This document shows, in pieces, positions 13,880 through 26,688 of a stretch of 64,000 nt of DNA. The stretch's first letter is position 1, and each line of letters begins with the position of its first letter. The stretch is from assembly GCA_023213395.1 (NCBI GenBank), contig CM041465.1:62001-126000 (forward strand), written 5' to 3'. The notes under the pieces were generated by a model that saw only the letters and a program-made list of their open reading frames with translations, was not told the origin of the DNA and searched no databases. Position numbers and translations under genes: made by a program. This DNA is from Cycas panzhihuaensis. Taxonomy: Eukaryota; Plantae; Cycadophyta.

Positions 13880-15943
13880 CCTTGCCCGTGAATGGATACG
13901 AATCACCGACTCGTAAGTGTGTATGTCTCTAGCATTATCATCACTTTTATGTGTCGATGTTCGCCATATTCGCATGTGTATGACTTTTGGCATGGGCGCC
14001 TAGCCGCCCACACCCATGTTTAGAATTCCCTATGACGACTATAGCAGGCACACTCTTAGCGAGTGTGGCACCTAAGTGACCAGACATTACCCCGTGATCC
14101 GCCTCCTCTCCTCGGATCCACCGGGTTTGCTCAAGGCCACCTCCACCCGTGTGATGCCTCATCGCCGCTGTTAGCTTGCCACCTCATTTGGGGCCTATTT
14201 CGCCTCCTGCGGGCCTGCTTTGGCTTGCTTTGCTCCTGTGGGTGTTTTAGTTGTCCTTAACCTTTTCACTGCTTGCCCCTCACTGACCGGCTGAAAGGGC
14301 CCCATTTCAGGTCTCCTGTGCATACCAGACCATCTCGCAGATCACCGGCCAGGATCTTCGCGATTGGCCGGAATTGCAGCAGACCGCATCATTAAAGTTT
14401 CCGGGCAGACGACTGCTCGCTTGTTTTTAAACTGTGGCAATTTCTCAGATTTATCGCGAACCGCCACGTGGTTCATGTTTTTTCCTCTCCACAGTGCCCT
14501 ATTCAAGCATTTTAGGGTTTTTGCTTTAGTACTTAAGCATCTTTGGGACTTTTTGGATCTTTTACTCACTTTTAAGTTACCTCAAGAGGAACACTCTCTC
14601 CCTCTCGCCTTTCCGCTCACGTTGTCACGCAATCGACCAGACTCTTCATACAACGCCTTCCTTTTGGCTTGAGACATTCTCTCAACCCCTCAAACGCCTG
14701 GAGAGGGCTCCTTGAAGTGGTTTCACTGCCTTATCCAGTACCCATGAGCCCTGCTTGCGGTGTGTTCTCCTGCTCATACTGTAGCAGTGGCCCTGCCTCA
14801 AACTCGCTTCCGCTTAGATTCGGGCCGCTTTTTCCACTCTCCTTCATCGGCCTTTGGCCGAGGCAAGCCCTTGCCTCTTCCTCCTGTGTACTTTACTTTG
14901 TATTAAGTTTTTGGTGATATTCTTGCTCCAAATTTCATTTGTTCATGTTTGTTGCTTGAGAGTTTGATCTCTTCCTCTTGAGGATCGGCCACCATTTCTC
15001 CTCCTCTTGCCCGCGCTTGGCCCAAAAGCAGCTGAGGGGTTGTACAGGCTTTGGGAGAGGAGCCGGTGATTCCTGACCACCTTCCACGCCTCCGGCGGCT
15101 CCAAGCCCTCCAAAGCCTCCTCTCGCCTGCATGTTATTTTGGCCATCTAAACAAGGGCTTAGAGATTCCTTGGCCGCTTCAAAGCCTAAACCTGCCACAA
15201 GTTGCGTCACTGGATTTGGGACCCTTTATTCAGTTGCCTCCCGCTGGGGAACATCCATAGGCCCTAAATCAACTGCTGGTTCTCAACTACCATTCGTCTT
15301 TTTTTGTTTCCTACATTCGGGTTTGCTCGTAGCATCCTTGCCTCGCGGGTGTTTTTGTCTTTCTTGCCCTTCTGCAACAAGCTTTCAAATTTTGAGTCTG
15401 ACTTTCTCCTCGCTGTCTCTGGCTCTTGGGAGAGGTTCAAGTACCATTTATGCTGTGAGGCTACCCGAGGCTTACCTTGTTGTTTCCTTTCAGATCGCGC
15501 TTCTTTGGTATTTTCCTTATTGACTAACATTGATGCATGTACATTTAGACTCTCGCTTATGTTGTTGCAGACATATATTGCTAGATCTTTGTGTTGCATA
15601 TAGGTGTCTCTGCAGAGGGAGACCTTGTTGCTTACAGTACTTTGACGCTGGAGAACGCTGCCTGCTGCTCTTCCACCTAGAAGCCGCCCTTGCATGTGTC
15701 ATATTTTATGCCATCTCATTTGTTGGGCTAGCGCTTTCTTCCTTCTGTGATCGATTTACTTTTCCCGGGAAGGTAAGGAAGCCCCTGCTCGCCGCCACAT
15801 TTCACATCCCAGACACCGTGAGTGGTTGGGTGCTCTTCCCGGCTACGCCATCTTCACGCCTTCGGCCCAGTGCACGCTTTGTCCCCTTCGCACTCGCTTT
15901 TTACCTTTTATTCCTTTCCTAGTAATTAGAACATCGAAGATTA
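13880..15943 (+). repeat. Left direct repeat (3'UTR remnant, PPT-like tract and 5' LTR; the LTR probably runs ~14196-16411)
   Basis: Colinear with 24502-26688 from GAATGGATACGAATCACCGAC to CTAGTAATTAGAACATCGAAGATTA. G-tract at 14190-14195; degraded PBS-like TCGGGCACCATACTGGGAC at 16412-16430. Confidence 0.75.
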
Positions 15944-17699
15944 AAAGGAAAATTGCCTTTTGTATTAGTTTGCAATTTGTTTGCCTTGTTGCATGTACTT
16001 TTGTTATTCAAGAGGAAAGGTTGTAGGAGTCTTCTTCCCCTTACTCCTTCCTCCTCTTCCTACCAATCAAGACGAGCGCTTTGCTTCCCCGTGATCGTCA
16101 GATACCCTAAGTTAGTTTGCATAGGATTGTTCTTGGCCTATCCTTGTAGGGTTTTTCTCTCTCCCTTTCCGCCACCCAAGGGTGGAGGGGCCTACTCCTG
16201 TGTCAACCCTGTCTGCCCCACGATCTTCGGCCTCTTCTCAAGGTGAAGGGTCACCCAAAGAGTAGCCATACTCTACTGCGCATCCCGAACTCAAGGCCTC
16301 CCCAAGACGGGCGCCTCGCGGGTAGTTGCTTGCCTCAGAGGTTCCACTTCCTACCGCTTCACCATATCTCCCCCGCTACTATCACCAAAGTTATCCCAGA
16401 GTAAAGGCCCATCGGGCACCATACTGGGACCGCCAAGGGAGCTAGTCTCGCCTTCTGTGGTTTCGCTACTCGTGTGATCCTTTCTATACCGTTTTGACTC
16501 CACGCTGCAGCCCCAACGCTGCAGGTTATACCGCTCCTTCCTCTTTCCCGACATCGCTTGGCTGACCTTGCATGCGCCTGTTTTCTCCGCTTGCGCCGGC
16601 CTACCCCTTTGTTAGAAGACCCCGAGTATAGCCTTTGCCTCGCTTCTGATCCCGATCCGACTATGGAAGGGTACTCTTCCTGATTGACCTACCACGCCTT
16701 GCTATGGAAACCCAAGCTCTTCCTTCTGTTATTCCGGAGTCCACCCAAGAGGGTGATTACCCTTTTACTACCCGATCGATCAACACCTTCTTGTGCTCCC
16801 ATCCTTCTACCCACGCCAGAGGGATCCGCCTCCCGAGGATTACACGCTAGGGGCGATTTTATGAGGAACCTTCAGATGGACATGCCTTGTTCGAGGTCCC
16901 GATCACCTCTTATGGGTATGTGGGGACTCCTCCGCTGACGCGTTTGAGGTTTCGACGGATGCCGCCAGGCAAGATGTTTCAACCACGTCCCGAATGGCTT
17001 GAGGGTGCCCTGCGCAGGGGAGCCTCTTCCTCCCCGCTCTTCCCCTCACGCCTCATCCTCGTCCGCCTTTCCGTGACAACAACCCTTTCGTGCCTACGCC
17101 AGACGCCCCATTCGCTTCCTCGCATGGGGCACGGTGGCACCTTCCATCCCTTATCAAGGCCCTAATGCCTTAAGGCCTTCTCACGGCAGGTCTGCCCCTC
17201 ACCGGGGTTAGCATACCCGCTCTGATCCAACTAATGTGCCGCCTCCCAATCAGGCATTATGTCGCCTCCTAAGAGGCCTAGTCGCCTGCTAGCCTTCCAC
17301 CGCCAATGTGGGATCTGCTCTCACGATCCTCCAACCCAAAGGCTGGTGCTTCTTTCACGCCCCTGTGGTATACTTCTCAACCTTAAAGGTGGTAGGAAGC
17401 CGCCTTCCCTGCTATGGGTGATCCGCCACACCCATACTTCCTGGAATGGCCTCACCTACGGTGGTCTATGGGCGTAACCCGCCCGCATCCTCTTGTCCGC
17501 CATCCAATGCAGCCCATCCGCAGCCTTCGCAAGGGAACTGACTCCTTCCAAGGCGCCTTTTCCACGCCTCGTCGCCAAGTGGTTCCTCATGGAGGGATGG
17601 GTGTCCTACCCCATCCGCCTCCTGCGCGCCACCTACTTCGACCGCTCGCTGATCCTACGGCTCAGTGCAAGGGCGCCACTTCGTGGACTTTAGGTCAAC

Positions 17700-18550
17700 C
17701 CCTCTCGCTGAGGCGCTATAACCAATCCTGCCGCCTCATCCTCCCCGGGTTCCTAGATTCGATGGGACTTCGTCAAGAAGACCATGGAGCATGTCCGTAG
17801 TTTCTATGGCATGCATCGACACCGCTTTACGACCATATTTTGATGAAACTCTTTCTCGATCCTCGCAGGTGACGCTCTTAAATGGTTTTATCGCCTCCCC
17901 GCCCACTCACCTATTCATTCCAAGAATTGGTGGACTAGTTCATCAATTACTTTGATGAAGCTCGCCTATTCGAGAGCGGATGAAGTCCCTTCTCTCGCTT
18001 CAAACAAGGTCACGATGAGATGAATCGTGACTTTGTGCGGCGATTCCACGATCCGCCCACTCCACCAAGGCGACTTTGCCCGGAGGAGTCAAGCGGACCC
18101 GCTTTGTCAATGCACTTCCCGAAGTCCACGTGGAAGTCCTCAAGATGGGGGCGACCACGCAGGATTCCGCTATCGCCAAGTGCTTCGGGCGCTGGAGGCT
18201 ATGAGATCCAAGCCGGTCTCAAGAAACCTCTGTCCTCACAACGCCGTGAGGCAACCACCCCCTACCAAAGACACTAAACCTTCTCACCGACGCGGCCTTC
18301 CTCTCATCCCACCGAGAGGACCTTAGATCCCCTCACTCACCTATACGCCTGCTCGAGCGCACGATTAAGGAGCTCAAGCTTCAAGGTCCTGCCTCCTACT
18401 TCAAACAAACAAGTCCAACAAACTACCCAAGCTCCTTCCTGTGAATGGGAACGCTCTGGCCTCCCAAGCGAGAAGGTCCCACCTCCGCTTGAGAAGAAGT
18501 GGTGTTCCATTCATGGGGATTGCTTCCATGACGATTCACGCTAGGGCCCA
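17700..18550 (+). pseudogene. gag: Retrotransposon gag remnant (capsid-like region and CxxHxxxxH knuckle)
   Basis: Broken reading gives PRFDGTS..MEHVRSF, YDHILMKLFSRS.AGDALKWFYRLP, KQGHDE..RDFVRRF and KKWCSIHGDCFHDDS. Confidence 0.75.
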
Positions 18551-19229
18551 AGATCCAAAGGATGCCCTCGACGCGATTCCTCTCCCAAACGGGCCTCAAG
18601 GCCTAATCTAGACCAACCTGCTCACAAGGATCCGCTCTAAACATGGGGAACGTATCGCGAACCCCCAAACCAAGAACAAACTGTAACTGAGGAAGATCAC
18701 CGATCCCCGCCTCTTCCCGCGGCAAAGGGAAGGGCGCCTTAACTCTTCTTCCTCTTCTCGCTCTCTCGACTGCATCGCCGCCTTCACGTAATTCCTAATC
18801 AGGGGAAGAAGGTGATTCAGCCTGCTTGAAGCAACTCCGACTTTCGCCTTACGCGATCTCAAATCGCTAAGGAAGCATGGAGCCGCTCTTCCGCTCCTTC
18901 CGATCCCTCCGCAGACCCTTCCTCCCGAAATCCTCTTTCCTGGGCTATTCCCTCGGCGCCCGGGTGGTTACGACTTCAAGGGCACTTACCTAACCCACCG
19001 GGAAGGGTAAACCTTCTCCGTCGTGGGACGAGCTCCATACTGGCCGCCGCAGAATGTCCTCGATGGACGCTCGAGAGTTGTCCCGAGCAACGCCCTCCTC
19101 CCGAAGCTTTAGGATCGGAGATGTGCCTGCCCACGCTTTGGCCGCCTAAGGTGGCGACCCACTATTTCCTTCATCCTATGATCTTTCCTTCACGGTGAAC
19201 GGAACGCCGTGGAACTTCCCATTCACCAT

Positions 19230-19520
19230 CACGACGACACGCCTGATTGCATTCCTCCAAGAACCGTTGTCGACAACGGCTCTTTCACAATGCCATGCCC
19301 TTGCGTGTTATGCAAGAGTTGCATCTCCGCCTGAACCCGCCTCGGCTATGCTAAGGGTATGACGCAGAGCGAGAAGACCCCTCCTGACCGTCGCATTCCG
19401 CTTCTCACCCTTGGGGCAAACTGTTTGCCGATGTTGTAGTCTCGACGCTGACGTGATTACAACCTCCTTCACGCCTTGGCCACCAAATGGGAGCCGTGGT
19501 TCAATCTCAATTGGGGATGT
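19230..19520 (+). pseudogene. Retrotransposon aspartic protease remnant
   Basis: GTTGTCGACAACGGCTCT at ~19267 encodes VVDNGS, the Tat/Ogre-type active-site motif, followed by NAMPLRVMQEL. Confidence 0.65.
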
Positions 19521-20399
19521 TAAATTGGCCCATGACCTGACCTAATGAGAGTGGTTCCCGTGGAACGCCCTTTTTCCAAACAAACTCGTTATGCCAATTC
19601 TAAGAAACCAAGGTTCACCCACTCACGCCATTGTTCAATTGGTATACCCAATCCGTCAAGAAGATCCCACATCTTCCTCTTCCTAGTCTCGCACGCTTTT
19701 GCCCCTATCAAGGCATCGGGAGTTATGGGTACTTGCTTCGCTCTGTGGGCCGATGATGAATCGCTGACGGAGACGAGGGTTGTCTCCACCCCATTTCTTT
19801 CCTTCGCGCCTAATAGGCCGCGTGACTGCCTCGCCTAGACCCTCGCTTGGAACCTCTCTCGCTGGTGAGACTAGCCCTCAAGGCATGGTCACACACCATC
19901 GCCGTGGCCGACCCGCCTCCGCCGCTTCTTCTTTTTCATTACCCTCCGCAGTGATGGTTTTGAGGAATTGCCTTCGCCTCCTCGAGGAGCCTCTTTCCGG
20001 TTTTCCTTCTGATTTCCATGAAAGAGTTGAGCGATCCGATGATCACCCCGTCCCGCTGTTCTTTCCCTTCTACTTTCTTCTACTCAAATAGGGTCATCCA
20101 TGGAGTGGACTATTTCGAGGATGATGAAGCCCTCGCTGAGCACCCATGCCTTGCACCTAACCGCCTCGGGTCACCACCTACTTCTGGCCACCGGAAGATC
20201 TCAAGGATCGGATCCACGCCACGATCCGATCCCTCTCCTATTCCTCCTCCTCCTGCTGATCTGCCCTCTTCACTTTGAAGAGGGCAATGCCATGTGCATG
20301 GGGGGAATTCAAGACTACGTCTTGGCCCCGCAAGGTCATTAGGGTTAGGGCTAATGCTCTCCTCGATGAGATTAGGGAATATTCCCTTCGCTCCGTGAA

Positions 20400-21720
20400 T
20401 TTCGAGACATTTTCGCGGGATTATGTCACGACATGAAGGGAATCGACCCCGATTGTCACCCATAACCTCACTCCCTTCCCGGCGCCTGCCCCGGCGCCGT
20501 AAGGCAATATTCCTCTTCACCAAGCTCTCTCTCACACAAGATGGAGGTTGAAAAGCTTCTGGATGCTGGGCTTATTACTTCTATTGATTACCCTAAGTGG
20601 GTCTCTAATATTGTTCCCATTGCCAAAAAGAATGTAAGTAATCCGTCAGATATGCGCCGATTTCATGATATCAACAACGCTTGTCCTAAGGACAATTTCC
20701 CGCCACCCTTCTTAGATCAAATCATTGATCGTGACCACGGATTCAAGTGATGTCCTTAATGGACGGCCTCCTACATAAACCAAATTCAGATTTCCTCAAG
20801 ACCGCCATAAGACTACTTCCCTTCACTACTCCCCGGGTACCTTCGCCACGAGGCGATGCCCTTTGGCCTTAAAAATGCAAAAGTGCCACATATCAAAGAG
20901 CCATGCACTTCATCTTCCACTTATCTCATCAACGACACGCTGGAGGTCTTCATGTGATCTATATGATGGGTCTTCTTCTCGCCGCGAGAGCCCATCACCC
21001 TTCCGACCTATGCCATCTTCTCACGATGCCGCGAGTATCACGCCGCCTTAATCCGCTCAAATGTGTGTTTGCCGTCACTTCCTGCAAACTCCTCGGGTTC
21101 CTTGTATCCAAACAGTGAATTCAGATCGACCGACAAAGTCGTATGATCTCACATGCCGCCTCCTAGAACTCAACCAGATCAAGTCGCTTGTGTAGGCTCT
21201 GGCTTCCTCAGCGCTTCCTACCGACTTCACTGCGGAATGCTAAACCCCACGAACCTGTTGAAGAAGGGAGCCCTTTGCCCGGGTCTCGACAAGACCCAAA
21301 AAGGCCTCAAGGACTCAAGGAAGCCGCTTCCGCCTCCTACGCTGGCGCCCCGATCTGACAGGTCTCGCTTTGTATACCCCTACGATCGACGAGTCCTTGG
21401 GCGCTTATGCTCGCCAGAGGATGACTCAGTGAACCGAGAGAGCTATATACTTCATCACCGCATCTTTGTGGTCGCCGAATTTAACCATTCCCCGCCGAGA
21501 AGGAATGTCTCTCCTGGTCCACGCGACCAAGAAGTTTAGGCATTACTTGCTCCTACAATACTACCAAGGTGATCATCCCATCCCATCCCTTGGGATACTT
21601 ACTAACCTGCTCGCACTGACGGTAGGGTCGGTCCTGGGCTATCCTACTCCAAGAATTTGCTCTCCTTATCGTTAACCGGAAATCAAGGAAGGGCGTGATA
21701 GCGGCCGGGCAACTGGCGGG
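20400..21720 (+). pseudogene. pol: Ty3/gypsy reverse transcriptase and RNase H remnant
   Basis: DMKGIDP; MEVEKLLDAGLITSIDYPKWVSNIVPIAKK; DINNACPKDNFPPPFLDQIID; MPFGLKNA; LNPLKCVFAVTSCKLLGFLVS; LVHATKKFRHYLL. Many frameshifts. Confidence 0.93.
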
Positions 21721-21959
21721 CACCCCTATCCCTAGCCCCCTTGATACTCCTGCTGATGACTCTCTCCCGGCGAGTCTATCCCGACGATCCGGGAGTTCGC
21801 CCCATCCACTCACCGACAATGAGTGGTACTTGACATAGTGCCAGATCTCACGCAGCCATACCGCCCGACACTAGTAACAAAGTTAACCGTGATCCCATCT
21901 CGCAGAATACCTCCTCGTGGACGAGGTATTGTACAAGAGGTCCTTCGATGGGATCCTTC

Positions 21960-23020
21960 TCCGTCACACACACCATTTAAGCCGACTGGTGTTTCTGCTA
22001 ATGCCACCACCAAGATTTGTGGGGTCACTTTGGGGCCCATGGCTCGAGGATCCTCCGAGGGCTACTTTGCCATCTCTTTAAAGACGCCCACGCCATAATA
22101 GGTCAAAATGCTCATGATGTCAAGAGCATGCCAACATTTCATGTGCCTTCGAGACTTTGCACCCTATTGTTTCGCCATGGCCTTCGCCGCTGGGGATTAG
22201 ACCTCATCTGGCTATTTCCTACCGGCCTTCGCTGTCAGAAGACAAGTTCATCTTGACCGCCAAGTATTTGAGAGCCACCAAATGGGCGAGGCCATCCCTT
22301 TGATCACTACCCCCTAAGAAAAACGATTGCCACATTCATCTATCACATCATTTGCCGCCGGATTCCTGACGCCCCTGATTACCGACAATGGAACCCGGTT
22401 TTGTAATAAGGAGGTGGGTGAGCTTATGAGAAGTTTAAAATCTCCCATAACACTTCCTCTCCTTACTACCCTCGTGCAATGGCTGTGGAGTCTTTTAACA
22501 AGACTCTTATCAACATTCTCAAGAAAACTGCTTGGCCATCCCAGTAAAGGGATTGGCACCTTCACCGCCTCCGCCTTATGGCCTTATCGTATTCCGTCTG
22601 CTCCGCCACGGAATGACCCTGCTCTCCCGGTTCCACGGATCGAGGCGATTCTGGAGGTGGAGATTCCTTCCTCGCGAGTCTCCCTTCGAGGTTTCATCGA
22701 CGATGAGTCGATCCGCCGTGCACGCCCGCTGACCTCAAGCTTTGATGAGAGACGCTAGCCGCTTATCGCTAACTCTAGCATCCAGTAAGGTTTTCCGTTC
22801 ACAAAGGGCCCACGAGCAACACCTGCTCCCGCCTTTTGTTTCCCCGGGACTATGTCCTCAAGCTCAATATTCCATGACCATTTGACCAAATTCCAACCCC
22901 TTGGTCGGTCCTTTCTTTGTCATTATCGATCTCTCGATAATGGTGCCTTATAGGATAGCCACCGAGGGGCTCGAATTTGAGAAAGCTGCTAATGGATGTT
23001 CCTTAAGAAGTTTTACGCTG
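21960..23020 (+). pseudogene. Ty3/gypsy integrase remnant
   Basis: C.GHFG zinc-finger part; WGLDLI; LITDNGTRFCNKEV; SSPYYP..NG.VESFNKTLINILKK; SALWPYR; C-terminal KFQP.W.GPF..NGAYRIA..LKKFY. Confidence 0.9.
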
Positions 23021-23709
23021 ACCTTCTACATCCCTCGCCTCGCCTCTAAACGAGCCTAAACTACCATCTTAGGTTGTCCCTATTCTTCCCAAATTGTAGA
23101 ATGGCTATTTAAGATGGACCCCTGCTTTGTCTCTCGGTTCCGTCTGGAACCTGCTGCTCAGATCCTCCTGGGAACCTTGGTCCTCTCGCTGGGCATCTCC
23201 CAACCGGAGGGACGCTTGGGGCATTGTTGCCTCTTCCCTGCCCATGCTTCGGGCGTTTCTTCAAGATATCCTGCTATGCTCCTCGCAGACATGTATGCTC
23301 ACTTCCTAACCTCACACCTCCATGTCGCCCCGCCACTACAGGTGTGTGTGCCCTGTTAGGTGTGTGTGGTTATACATGGAAGGAAACGCGGATCATGCTA
23401 ACAAAATGTTCCTATCATGAATCACCCACTACACATCATAACACTCACCCCATGCATCTATACACATCAAAATCATGTCACCATACACCCTGGGAAGCTT
23501 GTCCTCAGGGGGTGCTAAATCATATGGTCCTATATATGACCCCTGAGGTCCGTGGCTTTCCTCCTCCGCCAAACTATCCATCCATGTTCATCCGCTGTGG
23601 CTCGCTGGCTACCTCATTAGGTCCTCCTACCTCGACGGCCACCGTTGTCCGCTTTAAGTGTTGCCTTCATCACCGATCATCCGCTTGGATTTTGTGTCAC
23701 CTATGTTCT

Positions 23710-24085
23710 GTTTACATTTTACTGACCTACGGGCGGAAGCGCAGAACTCCCGACCTTCAAACACCAAGGTGGATTCTCCGCAGCCCTTCCGGGTTATGAT
23801 CTCCTCCGCCTGATCTTCCTCCCGAGGCTACCAACAATGAAGCCGAGTATACCGCCATCATCGTGAGCCCTTACCGATGCCTTCGCTTCCATCACGGACC
23901 CATTGTTTTGCTCATGACTCTCAAGTTGTGGTGTCTCATCTCACCTGTGTCTACCGTGCATGCCCTCACTGAGGACTCTTTGCCCGCCGCCAGATCCCTC
24001 CCCGGCCCGCTTTCTTCTTCCTGATATCCAAAGATATCCCTGCTCAATGCCGAGGCAGATAGCCTTGTTCGCCTCATCCTGAGCC
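23710..24085 (+). pseudogene. Additional archaeal-type RNase H (aRH) remnant downstream of integrase
   Basis: GWILRSPSG, PEATNNEAEYTAII (ACCAACAATGAAGCCGAGTAT at 23830), DSQVVVS and LNAEADSLVR match the aRH motifs TNNxAEYxA, DSxLVV and NxxADxLA. Confidence 0.8.
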
Positions 24086-24501
24086 TGCCTCGCCTCTCAC
24101 GACCGGGTCCTCGAGTCTTGCTTGGCCTTCCTGCCGCCCAAGCCTCGTGCTGGTCGCCCGTCATGATCTGCTCGCGACCTCCGAAATCGGGTTGCTAACG
24201 AGGTAAAACTATGGTACCCACCATTTGTTCCCATGTGGTCCCGCATGCCCTTTGCATCTATTGTGGTGGGGGCACCGCCTGCCTCTTTCTCCCGCTTGGC
24301 TTCTGTGTGGCTCATAGGCTCTATGTTGTCTCCACCGCCAGATCCACGCTGCCCGCCACGACACTCGCCGCACCCCCTTGCCCACCGATCCGACCTTGAC
24401 TGATATATCTATATACACATGCGCTTCGACAGCCAAGGCTGCCAAGATTCACATCAACGTGATCGTGCTCCGAGCCATGAGGCTCACCGCCATAAGTGTT
24501 T

Positions 24502-26688
24502 CCTGGCCCGGAATGGATACGAATCACCGACTGTAAGTGCGTATGTCTCTAAGCATTATCATCACTTTTATGCATCGATGTCTCGCACATATTCATGCAT
24601 GTGTATGACTTTGTGGGCGGCCTTGTAGTCAGTCCACACCTATGTTTAGCCTATGATTTACTATATAGGGCACACTTCCTTAGCGAGTGTGGCACCCAGG
24701 TGACATATTACTTCCCCGTGATTCGCCTCCTCTCTCCTCGATCCACTGGCTTTGCGCCCACCTCCACCTGCAGGATGCCTCATCGCCGCTGGTTAGCTTG
24801 CCACCTCATTTGGGGGCCTATTTCGCCCCGTAAATTCGCCCGCTTGGCTTGTTTGCTCCCTTGGGTGTTTTAGTTGTCCTTAGCCTTTTCGGCCGCTTGC
24901 CTCACTGACCGTACATGGGCCCCATTTGTGTCTCCGGTGCATACCATCAATCTTCATGCAGTACTGGCCAGGATCTCACAGCATCGCTGGACTTGCAGAT
25001 CACTGAATATTCACAGATCGCTAAAATTTCATGTGACGACTGCCTCGCTGTTTTAAAAATACGCCGACTGGCAATTTCAAGATTTATCATTAACCCGCCA
25101 CGTGGTTCGCGCTTTTCTCCTCCTTCCACCGTGTTCTATTCAAGCTGATTTTAGGGTTTTGCTTTAGTACTTAAGCATCTTTTGGGACTGCTTTTGATCT
25201 TTACTCACTTTGGAAGTTACTCTCAAGAGGAATTCTCTCTCGCCTCGCTTCTCTCCGCTTGTCAGAATCTGACTCAAGACTCTTCATACAAATACCAAGC
25301 CTCCTTCTACTTGAGACTGATGATTCTCTCAACCCCCAAGCGCTTTGAGAGGGCTCTTTGAAGTGGTTTCTAACTGGCCTCATCCAGCAACCCATGAGCC
25401 TCTGCTTGTGTGTGTTCTCCATCATACTGTGAATAGCAGGCCTCAAACCTCGCCTCGCTTCCGTGATCCGGCTTGTTCCACCTCCTTCATTGTCCTTGGC
25501 CGAGGCAAGCTTGCCTCTTCCTTCTGTGTACTCTTTACTTTGTATTTGTTTTTGGTGATATTCTTGCTTCAAATTTCATTTGTTCTCATTTGTTACTTGA
25601 GAGGTGGTTTTCCTTCTCTTGGGATCACGGACCGTATTATTTCTCCTCCGCTTTCGCTCAAGGCTTTGTCAGCCCAAGGCAGGCCAATGGCGCGTGAGGG
25701 GTTGCATAGGCTTTGGGAGAGGAGCCGGTGCGGATTCCGTGCGATCACCTCGCCACGCCTCCCTCAAGCCGGCTCAAAGCTCCTCCAAAGCTTCCTCTCG
25801 CCTGGGTGCTACTCTTTTGGCCATCTAAACAAGGGTTCAAGGCTCCTTGGTTGTCTAAACCAAATCATTGCCTACAGTTGCAAATACTGATTTGGGGACC
25901 TCTTTATCTCAGTGTTTGGGGAATCATCTTATAGCCCCAAACTACCATTCGTGGTTCTTGCTCCACCTTTGCTCCCTAGCATGCTACCCTTGGCTTGCTT
26001 CCTCGTAGCATCCCGGTTGCTCTCGTGGGTGTCTTTGGGTCTTTCTTGCCCTTCTTGCGTACCTGCTTTTCCAAATTTCTTCGAAGTCTTGACTTTCTCC
26101 TCACGCCTGTGGGTCCCTTGGGAGAGGTTTGGGTACCATTTTATTTGCTGCCAGAGGCCACCCCGCGAGGCTTACCTTGTTGTTGCTCTTTCATTTAGAC
26201 TGCTTCTTGGTATTTTCGGCTTATTGACTAACACATCGATGCATGTACATTTAGACTCTCGCTTATGTTGTTAGACATATATTGCTAGATCTTTGTGTTG
26301 TATATAGGTGTCTCCCAGCAGAGGGAGACCTTGTTGCTTACAGTATTCGTGGATCGCGCCATGAGAACGCTGTCTTGCTGGGCCCTTTTCCACCGTAAGC
26401 CGCCCTTGCATGTGTCATATTTTATGCTATCTCATTTGCTAGTTAGCTGCTTTCTTCCCTTCCTTCGCCAGATCGCATTTACTTTTCCCCGGGAAGGTAA
26501 GGAAGCCCTTTCCACCCTGCCGCCACATTTCACATCCCAGATACCGCGCTGGAGTGGTTGGGTGTTCTTCCGGCTACGCTTATCTTCACCGCTCTCGCCC
26601 AGTGTGCACGCTTTGTCTCTTCAAGCACCTCGTCCTCCTTTTTCCTCTTTCTTATTCTTTTCCTAGTAATTAGAACATCGAAAGATTA
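24502..26688 (+). repeat. Right direct repeat (3'UTR, PPT-like TGGGGGC at 24811-24817, and 3' LTR apparently truncated)
   Basis: Colinear with 13880-15943; homology stops abruptly at 26688 without a clean CA terminus or target-site duplication. Confidence 0.75.

Larger units (their letters stand above)
13880..26688 (+). mobile_element. Decayed Ty3/gypsy LTR retrotransposon, non-chromovirus Tat clade (aRH after INT, TatIII-like), in the IGS of unit 1
   Basis: Domain order gag-PR-RT-RH-INT-aRH read by eye across frameshifts, flanked by ~2.1 kb direct repeats (13880-15943 and 24502-26688). Absent from the equivalent position in unit 2. Confidence 0.92.

Noticed and set aside
20337-20352. TTAGGGTTAGGG telomere-like motif
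   Set aside because: Only two copies inside decayed pol sequence; chance level.
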